This document shows positions 62,110-64,000 of a stretch of DNA of 64,000 nucleotides, piece by piece. The DNA is from Spirochaetia bacterium. Its GTDB lineage: Bacteria; Spirochaetota; Spirochaetia; SZUA-6; Bin103. The first letter of the stretch is position 1; the number at the start of each line of letters is the position of its first letter. The notes beneath the pieces are model-generated. The model saw nothing but the letters and a program-made list of their open reading frames with translations, did no database searches and was not told the DNA's origin. The stretch spans positions 1,952,001 through 2,016,000 of the forward strand of contig CBDATQ010000001.1 in assembly GCA_965199955.1 (NCBI GenBank), written 5' to 3'. The position numbers and the translations under genes are program-made.

Positions 62110-63135
62110 ATGGAGGCGATGGATGCGCATCCTGAGGTCGTCGAGGCCGCCGAACAGGGCGTCGCGTGGCTGAGAGAGCGGATCGATTTCGATGGCGCGA
62201 TCGGGGGGAGCGACGCACCGGGGCTCTACTTCAAGGTGCCGGCGGCGCTGGCGCTGAACGGCAGGCGGGGAGTCGCCGTCCGCGTGCTCGACTGGATCGC
62301 CGATCACCTGCTGGCGGCCGACGGCACGCTCAAGCTCGCAGCCGCGGTCGAACGGGGGCGTCCGAACACCTACGACCGCGGCTGGCTGGCATGGGGGGCG
62401 GCGCTCTGCGAGCGCTACGACCTGCAGCAGGCGCTGACGGACGACGTGGCCGCCTACCAGGACCGGCGCACGGGCGGGTTCTGGGACTCGGCTGTCGCCC
62501 GGTCGTCGCAGGCCGGATTGCAGGGCGCGATGACCGCCGGAATGGCCGGCCTGGCGCTGCTCGCGGCCGGCCGGATCGAGCCTGCGCGTCAGGCGGCACG
62601 GTTCCTGGATGAGCTCTGGGACGGGCAGGCGAGCCTGGACGACGGGTTCGATGCCAACCGGCAGGTGCCGGCTGACTGGGATGGGCGCGACGGACGCGCG
62701 CCGCCGTTCTACCGCGAGCGCACCTCCCGCCACTACGTCGACCTGCATGGCATGGCGCAGCGGCCCGCCCGCTTCGGGCCGGCGATCGCGTTGCTGGTGC
62801 GGTTGCACCGCCTCACGGGCGACCGCGTCCATCTGGCCTGCGCCCGCCGCTACGCCGATCTCTTTCTGCGCCGGGACGAACTCTATCTGTGCGTGGAGTG
62901 TCACAAATATCTCTGGGCGCTCTGCGAGCTGCAGCAGCTCATCCCCGAGAAGGATTACCGCGCCGCGGCAGGCAACTGCGCCCGATATCTCGTGGCGGCG
63001 CAACAGACGGATGGAAGCTGGCACCCGGAGGCATCGGCGACCGGCGGAGAGCCGAGTCTGGAGGAGGTGCTCAACGTGGTCGGCAACGTCCTGGCCGGCC
63101 TCGCCTACTACCGCATCCACCTGGACCACGTGTAG
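62110..63135 (+). CDS. Alpha/alpha-toroid hypothetical protein (prenyltransferase/squalene cyclase repeat-like)
   Basis: GVAWL...DG, YQDRRTGGF, YLVAAQQTDGSW QW-like motifs. Confidence 0.65.
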   Translation: MEAMDAHPEVVEAAEQGVAWLRERIDFDGAIGGSDAPGLYFKVPAALALNGRRGVAVRVLDWIADHLLAADGTLKLAAAVERGRPNTYDRGWLAWGAALCERYDLQQALTDDVAAYQDRRTGGFWDSAVARSSQAGLQGAMTAGMAGLALLAAGRIEPARQAARFLDELWDGQASLDDGFDANRQVPADWDGRDGRAPPFYRERTSRHYVDLHGMAQRPARFGPAIALLVRLHRLTGDRVHLACARRYADLFLRRDELYLCVECHKYLWALCELQQLIPEKDYRAAAGNCARYLVAAQQTDGSWHPEASATGGEPSLEEVLNVVGNVLAGLAYYRIHLDHV

Positions 63136-63156
63136 CGCGACCCGCACGCCGACCGG

Positions 63157-63750
63157 TCAGGCGACGATCCTCTCCTGCAGCGCCGGCAGCGCAAAGGCCA
63201 GGCCGACGCTCACCACCAGGCCGGCGACGATCTTGGCGAAGTCGAAGAGCACCAGCCGGGACACCTCGCGGCGGCTGCGATGGCGCTGGTTCCAGGCGAT
63301 GGCGATCTCACGTCCTGCCAGCAGGCCCACGAACACCCAGGACGTGCTCATGGGGATGTTGCTCACCTCCTTGAACAGGAGCAGCACGACGCCGTAGATG
63401 AGATCCACGAAGGTCGCCGAGCGAATGTCGGTGGTGTTGGTCTTGGTCAGGACCGCCTTCTGGATGACGCCGCCGCGGGTGGCGAAGATGACGGCGTGCA
63501 GCAGCATCATCACCCCGACCGCCATGAGAAACCAGGCCGGGGACAGTTGCCGCGGCAGGAACACGAAGATGTTGGCAAGGTCCTGGATCAGCCATTGGCT
63601 CCACAGGAACCCAGTCGAGCACCACTGGGCGGCAATCCACCAGTTGCTGACCGGCCCCGCGTCCGGCTGAATCGGGACTCCAGGTGCCGGGTGACGAATC
63701 GATAGACCAGGATGGCGATCACGAACGAGCACGAAACCCACCACCATCAG
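63157..63750 (-). pseudogene. C-terminal half of a multi-pass membrane protein (PMSTxWVFVGLLAGRE family)
   Basis: WLIQDLANIFVFLPR, DIRSAT, PMSTSWVFVGLLAGRE; no credible N-terminus, frameshift near 63670. Confidence 0.6.
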
Positions 63751-63797
63751 CACCTCGGTCGGGATCACGGTTCGGTCAGAGCCAGGTTGCCGGAGGT

Positions 63798-64000
63798 TCA
63801 GCGATCGCCGGCGGCCCAAGCGTACGGGCCGGCGCCATGCGCGCGGATCACGGCGGCGATCCCGGCACGCAGATCGGCGGCGAGGGACCGGTGCGTTTCG
63901 ATCAGGTTGGACATCTCGTCGGGATCGGCGTGCAGGTCGTACAGCTCCTCGCACGGATCGAAGCGGTGGCGGATGTACTTCCAGCGGCCGTCGCGGACCA
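63798..64000 (-). CDS. Sulfatase, C-terminal end (start outside window)
   Basis: VRDGRWKY...EELYDLHADPDEMSNL. Confidence 0.85.
   Translation of the reverse strand, partial: VRDGRWKYIRHRFDPCEELYDLHADPDEMSNLIETHRSLAADLRAGIAAVIRAHGAGPYAWAAGDR

Overview
A very GC-rich bacterial window, mostly accessory catabolic genes. These include CUT1 sugar and LIV-type ABC transporters, BNR/sialidase-like propellers, a heparinase II/III-like lyase, enolase-superfamily and UxuA-like dehydratases, sulfatases, a sulfotransferase and PhyH dioxygenases. The gene mix and the signal-peptide style of the solute-binding proteins suggest a host-associated spirochaete-like organism, possibly a sponge symbiont (inference only). 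Interspersed are four type II toxin-antitoxin modules (hicBA, two vapBC, mazEF), an ABC-ATPase + TOPRIM-like gene pair beside an ISL3 remnant (candidate PARIS/OLD-like defence system), a tandem pair of membrane-anchored DEDDh exonuclease-like genes with lost catalytic residues, a Sel1-repeat protein and a stand-alone MutS-domain ATPase. About fifteen genes are damaged. Many keep both ends but have lost their middle, and two also carry nonsense codons, which points to ongoing deletional genome erosion. I recognised no rRNA, tRNA or CRISPR array. All family calls come from reading motifs by eye; no searches were run.
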